In this document: positions 1-12,714 of the stretch, piece by piece
How positions within the stretch are numbered: the first letter of the stretch is position 1
How the letters are laid out: each line of letters starts with the position of its first letter
Program-made: the position numbers and the translations under genes
The notes under the pieces: model-generated
Seen by the model: the letters and a program-made list of their open reading frames with translations, nothing else
The model's database searches: none
Told to the model about the DNA's origin: nothing
Source of the DNA: Raillietiella orientalis
Taxonomy: Eukaryota
Length of the DNA: 64,000 nucleotides
Reading direction: 5' to 3'
NCBI GenBank assembly: GCA_036172245.1
Contig: JAYWIR010000025.1
Coordinates: 2,542,001-2,606,000, forward strand

Positions 1-472
1 GCTCCTCGAAGACCTCGACGCGCGCCTGGGCCAGACTCATAACGTCCCTCTAGACGAGGTCGCGCTCTTCCCAGAAAAGCCTGCGCACCACCAGCCAGGG
101 GCATACTCCGCGGCCTTCCATCATGAGGAAGGCGTAGCCCCTGTCCTCTGCTTACCACTCACAATGGAAAAAGAGTTTTCCCCGGTAAGGAAAGCCTCGG
201 AGCTCCACATACCAAGAGGCCTCCCAAACGCCCTTGAATACTGCGAGATGCAAAAGTCCTTGCTGTGTTCGAGAGCCCTCAAATTGGCCATCATCCGGAA
301 TTCGGCGCTGCTGTCTTGCTTCCTTCCCTACGTTGCCAGTTGACCATTCATTCTCCAAGGTGCAGCCAGCTGATCTGTCAGCGAACGTGAGCACCCCCTG
401 TGCTCACATTTGCTGACGGAAATGACAGAAATCCTTCGGGGCTTCTCTGTTTTCTCTACTTTCCTTTCAGGG

Positions 473-1250
473 TTTTTTTTTTTTTGGTTCGCTAAGCATT
501 CAAGAACCGTTCGCCTAGGGGCTCACGAAGCTCTTGACACTGTCCATGCCACCAGAGGTGTCAACTCGACAAGTTAGGGGTCATCCCGGACGGGGACCAC
601 CCTATGAATCCAGGAAGGCTCCGGAGGGAAGGAGTCCGTTCTTATTCTTGAGAGAGAAACCCCGAAGGGAATCACCACTTCTTCGTTCTCTCCTGAAAGA
701 CCATCCAGTTTGTGGGGTCGCTCCTCGTTCCTCTCCGAAGGGGGCCCCGGAAGGGATCCACTCCTGGAATTTCTTCTCCGGAGAGAACCCACAAGGGAAC
801 CGCTCCTTGCATCCTCCTCCTCCGAAGAGAACCCCTAAGGGACGCTTTCCGATTTCTCTCTGAAGGGAGGTTCCCCGAAGGGAACAGAGAGCTTCCAGAC
901 ACTCTGGAGAGGCAATCCCAATCCCACCGAGGGGGGTATCAACCAGCTCCATTGTCACAACCGTAGAGCAACCTCGATTGGACCGACCCCTTGATTCCCG
1001 GAATGACCCCGAAGGGTCAACTCCCGATCCTGGCCAGTCGATGGAGGCATCCAGCTTCCACCAGTGCCATCGCACCCGAGCCTACTGACCAACCAGCATC
1101 GTCCCACGGAAAGAGGGGGGAGGACTCGAAACCCACAACGCCCCATCCCGTTCTCGGCGTCGATCTTTTCCCCGGGTAGGAGTCGAAACTGCAACTCCTG
1201 GTGGCTCCATGGGAAGCCACACTGTCTCCAACGCAGACGACCACCGATAC
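473..1250 (-). mobile_element. Family B structured retro-element, copy B1 (poly(A)-tailed)
   Basis: Minus strand ends ...CTTAGCGAACC+A13 (T-run 473-485), the same terminus as copy B5. It is collinear by eye with 60830-61747 and 40220-40520. UUCG hairpins lie at 870-885 and 1004-1019. Weaker similarity to 40500-40900 extends to about 1570. Confidence 0.75.
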
Positions 1251-3879
1251 GACACGAGCGCCATCCGTCAAGACGAAAGAACACACGACGTACGCGGAAG
1301 AGAGTTTCTTGTCCTGTACGCGCAGAGAGCAACTAGCAGATGTCCAGTAGTTGAGATCACGGAACCTGAAGACGCGTTCCATGTCTTTGCCAACCGTGCG
1401 TGGAGGGACGGAAGCTCTCGTTACGGGAGAGCTATCCAGACGAAAAACCCGGATTCCGGCAGTTGACGCGGAGGAGATCAGCCGATCTAGAAGCTCAGCG
1501 GAGATCGATCTCTTGAGTTCTTGCTTCTGCCCTCGAACAGTCTACACGACGAGGAGCAGAGACTGAGAGCTTAAGCAGCTGAGAATTTCGAGTCCCTTGC
1601 AAAGCCGGGCATCGTCTCCTCTTCGAGACGGGGCTCATTCTGGTGAACGGTCGTCAAGAGAGGCTCACATGAAGCTGCGATCACTCCAGTAAGCAGTCAT
1701 CTCTAGATGAATCACCTGTCGCTTAGAGATTCAAGGAAGAGAGAGAGCAACCCGCCATCATCACGGGAACACCAGCGGAAGCACATCCACCTTGTGAGAT
1801 CACCGCCGAACGTTAGAGTGAATGGAGGCCCTTCACGTGTTGAACAGAGGAGTCCAGTCGTTTCTGTGCCTGTGACTCCCTACCTAGCTTGAGTCCAAAG
1901 GAAAAACACATGACGAGCTTGAAAAGAGGATCGACATCCTTTAAAGACTTCCAGAACGACACTTCCAGATCAATACTTCCAGGCAGAACAAACACAGCTT
2001 CTCCCCAGCCCTCTCCTCTCTCTTTTGATACCACGGTGGCAAGGAAGATAGTCAGGTTCTCGTATTATCCCATTCCTCTGCCAAGTTGGCATTCTGACGC
2101 TGAGGCAGATACGTGGAAACAGTGGGAAGTGGGGGCGGTAGGTGGGCCGACTTGAGCAGCACATGCAGCCAAGTGTTTTTGATGAGCACTCGCAACGCGA
2201 TTCAGTGGCTCACCCGCACCACTCCGTCCTTCTACAGACCCCAGCGCGAGAATGCAGCTTGGAGAGCATGCACGGGCGCGCGCACCAGAGAACAGACCTT
2301 CCTCCAAGATGCTCATTATCTGTTGTTAAGCGCCGCGCGACAAAGAAGCAGACGGCTCTCCTCTGAGGTACTTCCAGAACGCTGCTTGCAGAAGTTCCGA
2401 TTAGAGATCTGATCCGATACGAGCCACAGGAAGAGATGGTGCGTCCTCGAAACGACCTCGGAGCCACACAACTGTGGCACCCTCCCTCCCCATCCTCACG
2501 ACGGAAATGCCTGTTTTCACAGTATTGTCGTCTTGCTGAACGGGACAAGGAAAGAGAAATCTAACGGACGAGGTGGTGACTTGGGCTGCCAAACGTTTCG
2601 CAGAATCGGAGGAACCTCGGGAAAGCGCTCGCGGTTCCAGCCCACGGATCTGGAATGATCCGATTTCCGAGACTGCTGGAGGTTCCCTTTTCCCTCCCCC
2701 TTTTTTTGGATTGTTCGTTTGTCTTCTCTGAATTTCCAGCGCTTCTGAAGACCAGACTATCGTTGCGTGCGGTGGTGGATCAAATATTTCTTTGCATCAG
2801 CCAAACAGGAGGCTGAAGAACCGATCGATGGTATCCCGGACTGCACGCCAGCAAGGAATCGAAACGGAAATGAGCTCCAGGGACTGCAAAATGGTGGCTA
2901 CGGCATCGGCGCTGGGGAACAGGAATTGCCTCCAGCTAGGAAGACTTAAGCATGCCTCTTTCGGGAGCGGGATACTCTTGAGCACTCATTCTGGGCCAAG
3001 GTTCTTGGTGAAGCAGGGTGCAAGAGCGCGGCAAAGAGTACGTCCTTTCGCTTATTTTGGAAGAGGAATTTTCAGCAAAAATGCTGGAGCTGCAACGTCA
3101 AAACGCAGGAAGACTTGAACCGGACTGGAACGAGTGCACGCCGAAATGGAAGCGACAGTGGAATTTCTCTGTCACAGAATCCGAACTTCCGAGAGAAATT
3201 CTGTCTTTCTCAGACGCGAACTCGAAACCGTTGAAGAAGCACGAATGCACCTCCGAATGATGCCAGGAATCTTTTTAAGAGCATAGTGAGCGAAGAATCG
3301 CCTCCTGGATGCAGCGTCCAAAGTCCCAACCACATCGGGAAAGTAGTGGCAGTCGTTCGAGGATAACTTCTGTTTCTGATTCTCTCATCATAGCCGACCT
3401 TTCAGGATCTGAGACACTGTTCGTCGAAGTCTGGGCATTGTTTTCTTCTTCCTAATCCCTCGATCGAAACTCGAACATGTCGAGAGAAACCCCTTCAAGT
3501 CCATCTTCAAACTATTCTCGCTGATCCAAGGAAACCTAGGATGCTGTATGCGTGCTTACTCTTCGCCAAGTTGCAGATTCCCGAGCTCGCAAACGAAACT
3601 TTCGCGTGTAGAGAGTTCTTAATGGTCATGAAAATAGCAGAAGACCCTCGGGATATGGGTCCTGTGCAGGTTTCCGCAGCTTCCAGGGCTGCTCAAGTCT
3701 CACCATGTGATCCCATGAAGCTCATCTCGCACTTCCAGAGAGGGAGAAAACTCGACCAATTGTTTCAAGGATCAAGTTTTCTGCCGCATGTTCCTCTTCT
3801 GAAGAAGTAGGATGGAGATCATCAGCTCATGGGTTTGTCGCGTCCAAGAGAGATTAATGAGAGGGTAACAACCCTCTCA

Positions 3880-4075
3880 TTTTGGCAATGGTAAGGGAAC
3901 GGTGGCTGATACTCTTTGTTTATGGGTACTTTGGCTGTTGGGTTGTTTCGAGTTCTTGATGTCCTCAGGATGAAGAATGAGGATTTTGGCAATGGTAAGG
4001 GAATATAGGCTGATGCTCTTTGTTTATGGGTACTTTGGCTGTTGGGTTGTTTCGAGTTTTTGATGTCCTCAGGAT
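3880..4075. repeat. Tandem duplication, period ~104 bp, ~1.9 copies
   Basis: TTTTGGCAATGGTAAGGGAA...GTCCTCAGGATG occurs at 3880 and 3984 with a few substitutions. Confidence 0.9.
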
Positions 4076-5499
4076 GGTACTGAGATGGAGTGAGAATGCA
4101 TGAGCCAGAATCTGTGTGAATGAAGCAAAAGCTGAATTGGTGAAGCGGTTTGTTTTTTAGGTGGAGAGGAAACGAAACCATAGGTCCTTTCGATGAAGGC
4201 CATGAAGGATTCGAAAATTGTGATAGAGGTCGAGGAGATGAGGTCATCAAGAGAGCTCGAAAGTTATGACCAGATGCAGGCGGAGATCGGACTCGGATCG
4301 GATGACTTGCGCTTTTGGAGTCACCTCCCTCTCACTGATCTTTTGGAACTTTCACATGGCATAGTGTCTCCGAAGATTTTGTCAAAAAAGTGTTTGCAAG
4401 CGGCGAAGGCTGAAACTCAGTCGCTCGCTGCAATCCGACGAGGGGAAACACCATGGATTGCCAGTAACATCAGCAAGTGGGCTGGTTCGAACTCATTTGT
4501 AGCAGAGAAGGGCACGAGCTGGTAAGAAATCGAAATTTCTTCTCTGTTTATTTTCTCCTTTGAGGATCCTTTCGTTGCACTATACATGCATGGGCTCTCG
4601 CAATGGCTGTGGAGTTGCCGTGCATTGGACAGTGGTGTTAAGAAACGTGTCTGTGTGCACGTTTCTCCTTTTGTGTACGCAATTTTAATGGAATTCAAGC
4701 ATAAATTTGTCAGTTCCTACGATTCCTGGCTTTTATTTTGGTGAAGTACATTTTTCCTTCGTGGAACAGGCGTGCAATGAGTGACTTTGCTTGCTGCGCA
4801 TGCGATTTCCTACCCCAAGAGAATTCACAAGTGACAAATGACAGTTGCTTCTTCAAGAGCGCCTAGGATTCAAGATTTCGAAGATCTACCAAACTTATTG
4901 GAATCTCTCAACGAGTTTGGAACGGAAGAAAGAATGTCTGAAAGAAAGAATCATACGGAAATCAGCTTCTGCCTGACGAAACGGGTCGAATCACCTTCAT
5001 GTCTCAAACTCATCTTCCAGAGATGCCACGAAGAGTCGGCTGCTCCGAGGTTGATTCACGTAATTATTCGAATATGTTTCAGAAAAATAATTAATCTTTC
5101 TTTCTTTATTGTTCTGTCTACCTGAATTTCGTTCATCCGTAGGCGTTGCACAACCGGGACTGTAAGGAAATTTGTCTTGTTGGTAAAGGAGCAAATTTTT
5201 CCTCTGTCAGGTACGTTGCAAAGGTCAGTAATACGAAGGCATGTCTGATGCTTGTCGGGAATGGAGTTCCCAGAGTTCATGCAAGATCTAGGAAAGTTTC
5301 TCAGCTCCTCATGCCACCCGTAGCATGGAATTTTCTCTGAAGCGATGTGAGGTTGGCAAATTGGTACATCTCCACTGTCCTTCGCAACTTTGGCGTGGGT
5401 TGCTGTACTTCCGATCTTCGCATCTCCCTTCCCAACAAGTGGGAGGATCCTTTCTGATATGGTTTCCGTGTTAGAAGACCAAACGAAGATTTGGTTCTC

Positions 5500-6250
5500 A
5501 TCAGTTTTGGTGATGTCAGCCATGCATATCTTTTATTCTTGTTCGTTCGCTTTGAGGCAGTCAGCGTGGCCCGCGCAAGGATAACATAGAGAAACAAAAG
5601 AAAGGAATAACATGGTTGCTATAGGTATGTGGCTTGAACGCAAAATGACCATGCTCCAGGTCGACTAGGCTGGAGACTGGTGCGTCTTTGTGAAAGCTCC
5701 TCCTTCACGAATGATTCCTCCTAGAAGAGCGGCTTCCCCCCCTGAAATGCTGGGAGCGACGTTTCTTGCGGTAACTTCCTGTACCTGACCATACTGAGCA
5801 AAGTACTCGAAGATGGGCTTCTGGGAATAAGCGGGGTTCAGGCCATACAAGTGCACGATGGTTACGGCGTTTTCATGATTCCTTCGAGTTTCTTCCATTC
5901 GTGTGGATGCTCCTTTCAACCAATTTGTTGCTAATCCATGTAAAATCCGCGTACAAACATGAAGAGCGCTTTGACTTTGGGGGAAATCCACATTGCGATA
6001 CGTGTGTTGCACTGCACCATCGCGCGTGGCTCTTGTTTGTGAAGTCATTCTTTGTACTTTGGGGTCCATTTTCACTAAGATTACCAGCGTTTGGACTCGA
6101 TGCTGTATATGACGCGGGCATTTAAAGCGAAATACTCCTGCAGTGCTTATACTGATTCATCGTCGTGATATTTTGGCAGTAGGCCACCAAGTCCCTTTAG
6201 TGCTTCTGTACAAGGTGCCACTGTCCTAGAAAGAGTTCCAGCGTCTAAGG
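5500..6250 (-). pseudogene. Decayed ORF1/gag-like protein of an L1/Tx1-type LINE
   Basis: ORF 5665-6075 contains an RRM-like segment VTIVHLYGLNPAYSQKPIFEYFAQYGQVQEV, typical of Tx1-type ORF1. A degenerate zinc-knuckle-like CYPCAGHADC follows near 5590-5560. Stops and frameshifts are present. Confidence 0.55.
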
Positions 6251-8895
6251 GAACGTTTTTTTAAACAAAACCATTTGTCACATGTTGAAGGAATGTAGTG
6301 TTCAGGGATTAATCCGATGAGCATGGCTTGACACTGAATAACATAGTGTTGCGGGAGCATAAGACCACAAGACTCGGCCATGGAATATAAGGCAACGAAC
6401 TATCGCTCTAGGCAGGGGACACCTTTTGTGTGTCTATTCGCCCAGACATCGTGATGCCACCGTGCTGGCGAGTGTGCTCATCGTATTAGGTGTGCAATAG
6501 CAAACTGTAATTCCTGAAAAAGTAGGTAAGAACACGCGGAGGAATTCGAATGATGGAAGTGTATCTCAATTGTATTCTCACAAACACTGTTTACTCCTTC
6601 CCGATAACTTCTAGCTGCTTTTCCAGCATCAGCTCAGAAGTGAAACAAACTCCAGGAATCCCGGACTGTCAGCTGAAACTGAAATACGATTCTCTCGAGA
6701 TTAGATTTCCGAAACTCTTAAGTTACTTTGGAGTTCTTCCCAATCATGAGAACCCACTCTGCTAAGAGCACTGGAAATGAAACACTGCTTTCGACTTGGG
6801 GATTGCTTATCCTTTATTGAAAACTGCTTCATGTCTCAAGAGCATACCTTTTGTCGTTCTTTCTTTCAATATGAAACCCTGCATGATTTTTGATCTTTCG
6901 TGGAATGCTTATCCGATGAAAATTAAAGGCATGCCTTTATATGTCAACTTCTGCCTCTCTGCTTGCAGCGCTTGTGAGGGGTTATTCAAGGAAAAAGGCA
7001 ACTTCAGTTGCCATTCCACTTTCTCTGGGGAGTGATCCGTTCCCTGGTCACCTTTCCAAACGAGTAGTCACGTGCAGCTACTAATACAATGCTTCTGTAG
7101 GGTGAAAAAACGGCATTCCTAAATTCTTGTACTGTCTCAGGAAGCAGCTTATTCGGAAATAAATGTTTGCATACGCGTTTCAGAGCACTCTGTTTACTTA
7201 GGCAACGTACTCACTTAGGCATGGGACTTTTCAGGGAAGGATTTCTCAGCAAATAATGGAAAAATAGTGGAGGGTGCTAAATGGTTTGATGAACATCTCC
7301 GGATACCAGTCCAACTGATTCCAGCCCTACTTACTCAAGGAATTCTTTACTTAAAATACAGTAAAGCACCCATTCGAAGTGATTCAAACGAATAGCATCT
7401 CGAATTATAGAAGGAAAAAAAAAGGGTAATAAAAAATGGAAAACATAAATACTAAAGTCGATTTGCTTGCAAATTAACATGAAAAGATAATTACGCAATT
7501 TCCAAAAAAGGCCGTAGAAAGCAAACGAGCTGCTGGAAATTTTTTTTGAGAACCACGCTTTACGGAGATTTGGACCAGTTTGTTACAGGTCCACTTACCT
7601 CAGGTGTCATCTTCATTACCTAAAGCAGCCGTACCAGCAGTCAAAATTAATTTTATTCTTTGGAAATATTCAGCTCATTTGAAATTTCTATTGAGAGTCG
7701 TATTTCAGTGTGCATTGTGAGTTGTGTAGCAAACCAACCCTGGGCTGCAAATCTGCACTCGAGTATAAAAGATGAGAAATCTTGATCGGTAACATCTTGC
7801 AGTCAAAAAGGAATTAGTTTTACAGTGGAATCCATCACACTATAGGATTTTTACATTTCGAGAGGGATTTTAAGAAATTTCAATGTACTGGTATCTTAGT
7901 GTGCATGAATCCATGAGATCATGCACTCGACTCGAATCAGTCGAGAAAGCACAGTACATCCCTTACCAAGTTGTAATGCAACATCGAAACTCCTCACTTC
8001 TGCGCTTTCCTCACGTTTACAGAGCTCATGATAAACCACACATTCAGAGGTTTGCGGCCAAATTTTTCACTTTCCACAATCGAAATTTGCTTAGGTTAGT
8101 TTCTGCGAAACCGTGGAAAATATCTGTCTATACAAAACTGCAATGAAGGAATGTTATGCCTTATTTTTATGTTTCCTTGAATAAACTAGCAATTCAGAAT
8201 TAACTTTTCAGCAAGCAATTCAGTGGCCGATGCTGAGTGGCCAAAACTGGGCTGACATTCTATGCGGCATGTGCTATGTGCATCCTTGACAGCTTACGAA
8301 CAGATCTAAACTGGCCTTTACCTCATCATCACGCCACATCTCATAGTGATCAAATCCGACATCCAAGTACAGTGGACAAGATCCTTTCGAACCTAAAAAC
8401 CCAGCTATTCCTCAAAACTTGTCTATAAGGAAGAGAAGTTGCCTTTACTTCCTCCTGCAGAGTTACTACAAGCAGTATACAGATGGCAGCCTGGACTGAA
8501 AACAACTGGTTTAGAAGCAATTTGGACCTGATGCAGAACATCCAAGACTGAGATGAAGCAATTCTTCGAAATTCGTGAGCACATTTTACTGGTAGTGTGC
8601 TAGACAGAATGCAGAGAGCAGCCTATCTGTAATTCTAAAGAAATCCATTCTTTCAGACGCTCACAATTTTGAAAACTGCATTTTCTCTTTTGGATGGACA
8701 CAGTTCCACAACATGCTTATCATCTCTCTGGTATCCCATATTGTTCTGCATTCAGTTTTATTCTAAAATAGGATATATAAAATTGGATCAGCTGTATCTT
8801 TCAACGAGCAAACAGGTTGATATATGCAACACGGCTCTTTGTGCCATCAGAGACAAATGTCAAAAAAAAAAAAAAGGAAGAGAAAAACCCAAGAG

Positions 8896-8935
8896 GAAAA
8901 ACAAAAATTGAGCGATTGAGACTACAAGGTAAAAC
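8896..8935 (+). repeat. 40-bp dispersed copy of SURF6 coding sequence
   Basis: GAAAAACAAAAATTGAGCGATTGAGACTACAAGGTAAAAC matches 12380-12419 at 39/40 nt. Confidence 0.9.
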
Positions 8936-11616
8936 CATAATATTAACCATTCTACTCCACCTCAATCCTGTCTTTGTTGATGACTACATCTCATTGACAA
9001 AAATTGCCAAACAATTCGCAAATTCACAAAGGTACGTTTTCAGCATATGAGTCTGCAAACAGCTGTAAATGAATAAACGGACTTGGTCAGTGCTACTCCA
9101 CAGCTGTGGTTCATTTCATAAATGTGGATGTACACCTCAGTCGGAGAACACCGTGACAGTTGCCTTCAGTAGTTACACCTCAGAATCCTGTATTAGGATA
9201 AATTGAGAAACCGATATATTCAACAAAACGATCGAGAAGACAGCAATGCAATAAGAACGAAGGCATTGAAAATTTTACCTATCCACTGATGCAAACACAA
9301 AGATTCCAGCAATACGAATCACACATCGATAGGAGCCACTTCATGTACGTTTAAATAGTGGGGTAAGGGCAGGTTAAGTTTTTAATTAACTGAGATCCTG
9401 TCTCAAATAAATAAGCTGGGAGTTCTGTACTGACCCTTTCTACATGCAAGAGAAGTTATTGCGGAAAAAACCTCAAGCAAAGACAGTGTATGTTAATAAT
9501 GTAGGTAATACTCTTTACATGGTGATAAATCCCAGTCACAGCATGGTGTCTCCGGTCATTGCATGAAACCATCCACCAGCAAAGGGATTTCAAATAGAAA
9601 GGACAGCTTCCGGAAGCGTGTCCCTGGGTTTTATGAAGATTCGTTCCCATTTTCCCTGTTTTAGTTTCCCAATTTCTTGGATGTTGAGTTTCCAAACCCC
9701 AATAAAGAAATGTATTCTTCTATTTTCTATTCTGTATTTTTCTCGATCTTATGCCGCGTATATCCTTGCTACTATTCGTAAGCTTTAATTTCATAAGCAA
9801 TTTGTCTCTCCCTAATGCTCTCCCATGCTGTTCCGTTTTTGTCCATGATTATCCTTTAGTTATACTAGTAAATTTTTATCCCCAAAGTTCTGAATGGGGC
9901 ATGAATACGAATGAGGGCACTTGAAAACTTCAAAATGAAAACGGAGATCATTAAGTGATAAATATTGATAACAACGCAATGTTGTTGCTGAAACGGGCTG
10001 AAAAGTCACCTCGGAATGCTCATTCTTCTCTAATCCTAATTTACGTTTCCTATATTGTAACTGACTGCTTAACTACTGCTACTCTAAAATCTTCTGGGAC
10101 ATGAATTTTGTGTATTAGGTCTAATCCACTCTTATGGAGGTCTGTAAAAGCAGACCAATTAAGTAACTTATCAGTGTTCCGAAGCACTGTTTGAAAAACT
10201 TGCGTTTTTTCTTACCATTTGAAGACTGTCATTTTACCGATTTTTCAAATTTCAAGACTATTTAATAGAGTATGAATTATTTTCATATTATTTTAGCAAT
10301 TAATTGTGTTATCATTGGTAATGTGAACGTCAGTTTAAGTTGAGTGAGGTCATTTGAATTTTATTGTTATATTTCATATCATACTAAACTTTTGATCTGA
10401 AACTGTGACTAATGAATCCGAAATAATATTCCTTATAGGTAAAAGCTATTCATATCAGCAAGAATAATTCCGTAATGCTTAACTTCTTGATGTTTTTAAT
10501 GTTTAACGTTCATATGTTAAAATGCAAGGTAAAACCTGTCTTAAATTAAATTAAAGATTCTATAATTTGAAACGTATAATCTGTGTTGCCACATTCGAAG
10601 TTACTTGAGTATCCTCCAATTTTGTTAGCCTCTTATCTGTATTTTGCATCCTTAACCATAGTATCCATTATTATGCACTCGAGTTCTCATGAAATTTACT
10701 TCTCTTTCCCGATATGCATTTTCTGTGTAGTGATATTAAATATTAACCGTTTTTATTGAAGATTTTTCGATTCTGCCTATTTGTATGCCATCAATACATT
10801 TTGGTACATGAGTTGTGGAGGGCAATGATGACCTCTCATCCTTTTCCTTGCAAAAACTGTTCGGGGACATCTCCAGCAATGGGAGTGTCATCAAGTAAAT
10901 GCTCTAAGCTGATGATTTTGTGACTGTATGTATGTGTATATCCAAAATTAAGTTGTGGTAGAAGGCAAACCTTTGATTATACTTTATATGAATTACAAGG
11001 AATAGCAAGTATTTTTGAAACAAATAGAATTCACGACGAACGCTTCTGGAAGGTTTGGGGTCCGTCTTGATGTGTTAGGAAATTTAGAAAATTGTAAAAA
11101 AACAAGACTAAATAGAAAGTTGTGTACATCTTTAGAAAATCCCTCAAGCCGAAAACATTTCCATAACTATTATTATGGTCATAATTTCAGTTTTCTTAGC
11201 ATGGAAGTGGTTACTGTTTTAACATATTACACTCATATGGTTCGCAACAAATGTATTTTAAGTGAACCAAAGATTCCAATTAGCTGAATGTAGATCATTA
11301 CTTAAAAAAGAAAAATACATATGGGAAAGTGAACACAGTTTGCTTGTTTGTTTTTGGGTAAAATTTTCATTGCCTTTTTATGTGGGTGGATGCATAGTTT
11401 CTTTAGTATGTGCCTTGAAAGCATGCGTAGCACTGTGTTCAAAAAAATGATTGTAATCACTCGTATTGTATTTTGCTAACTAGTTGGAAATATCTATTGG
11501 AAATGTATATTCATTTGCTCAGTGGTGTTTCAGAATGTGAATTGTGGAGATATTTGGTGATTTGAGATCGTTTTGTGATTGCGTTTTCATCATTATTGGT
11601 TTTTAAGTGTTTAAAA

Positions 11617-12714
11617 ATGACTGCATGTGGCATTCAAATTCCATTACTGATGGATGCTGATCTCCCAATGGATAAAGCATCAGTAAAAAAAAGATTGTTG
11701 GAAAGCTTTTCATATATTAAAAGCATCTTTCATTTCTTACCTGTGCGCAGCATCCAAGTAATGAATGGAGCAGAGTTACAGAACAAAAGTAATAATATGT
11801 GCATCTTATAGAATATTAACCATATCAGATTTCCAGATGGACAAACATTGCCTGTCAACAATGATGGTCAGAGTAGTAAGTTTCACAAATTCTCGAGTAA
11901 AGCCATAATTCTTCATTTGATTTGCTTATAGATACGATAACTGCAAAGAAGAATTCAAAAAAGATAAAACCATCTGAAGAGTTAGATGAAAAATTGAAAG
12001 CAAGATTGGAACTACTGCGAGGTAAGTTATTTTGGGTTAACAACTAAAGAAGGTCTGTGTTTTTAAGAAAAACGAATGCAGAAAAAGGAATTCAAAAACA
12101 AAAAACAGAAGCAGAAGTCCAATAAGCACAAATTTCTGAAGCCTCCTCCTTGCTCATCTAAAGACTTGTCACCCCATCCAGCTAATGGCATAGGACCACT
12201 ACAGCCAAAACCCATTTCAAATGCTAGATCAAAATCTTGCAAGCCTATATATAATTCAGAAGGACAAATTGTGTTTAGTAAGTTTGATTTCACCAGTAGT
12301 GAGAATTCCTGTGTTGACTCTCAACCAAGTATATCTGGGACTAGAGATTATAAGAAACTGCTAGAAAAAATTCGTGAAAGAAAAACAAAAATTGAGCAAT
12401 TGAGACTACAAGGTAAAACTGAGCAAGCAGACAAATTAATCAAGAATGAGGCTTGGAAAAATGCTATTCTGCGTGCCAAAGGAACCAAGGTCAAAGATCG
12501 AACAGATTTATTGAAGAAAAGCATGCAGAAGAAAGTTATGCAAAAACGGAAAAGTCAAAAGAAGTGGAATGAAAGAATGACTCAAGTTGCAAAAGCAAAA
12601 GAAGAACGTCAGAACAAGAGACAAGAAAATATTGCAAAGAAGAAGAAAGAACACAAGAAAAAGAAATTGAATAAGGCAGTTAAGAAGGGGCGTCTTATTC
12701 CTGGATTTTACTAA
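11617..12714 (+). CDS. SURF6: Surfeit locus protein 6 homolog (nucleolar, RRP14-like), ~313 aa
   Basis: Exons 11617-11757, 11812-11875, 11932-12021 and 12068-12714 join in frame through GT-AG introns of 54, 56 and 46 nt. The Lys-rich C-terminal SURF6 domain shows IVFSKFDF, AWKNAILRAKGTKVKD, KSQKKWNER, KRQENI and KKGRLIPGF. The start codon is uncertain (11617 or 11650). Confidence 0.92.

Noticed and set aside
473..6250. A single ORF1-only (HAL1-like) element running from the gag remnant to the family B poly(A)
   Set aside because: No convincing TSD (only CCTTTCAGG at 3398). The intervening 2250-2720 segment resembles another decayed repeat also seen near 52900-53400 and 60650-60800.
10500..10920. 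RTE-like LINE RT remnant on the minus strand
   Set aside because: Only a faint resemblance (GDVPEQFLQ...LHNSCTKMY) with several stops; not supportable.
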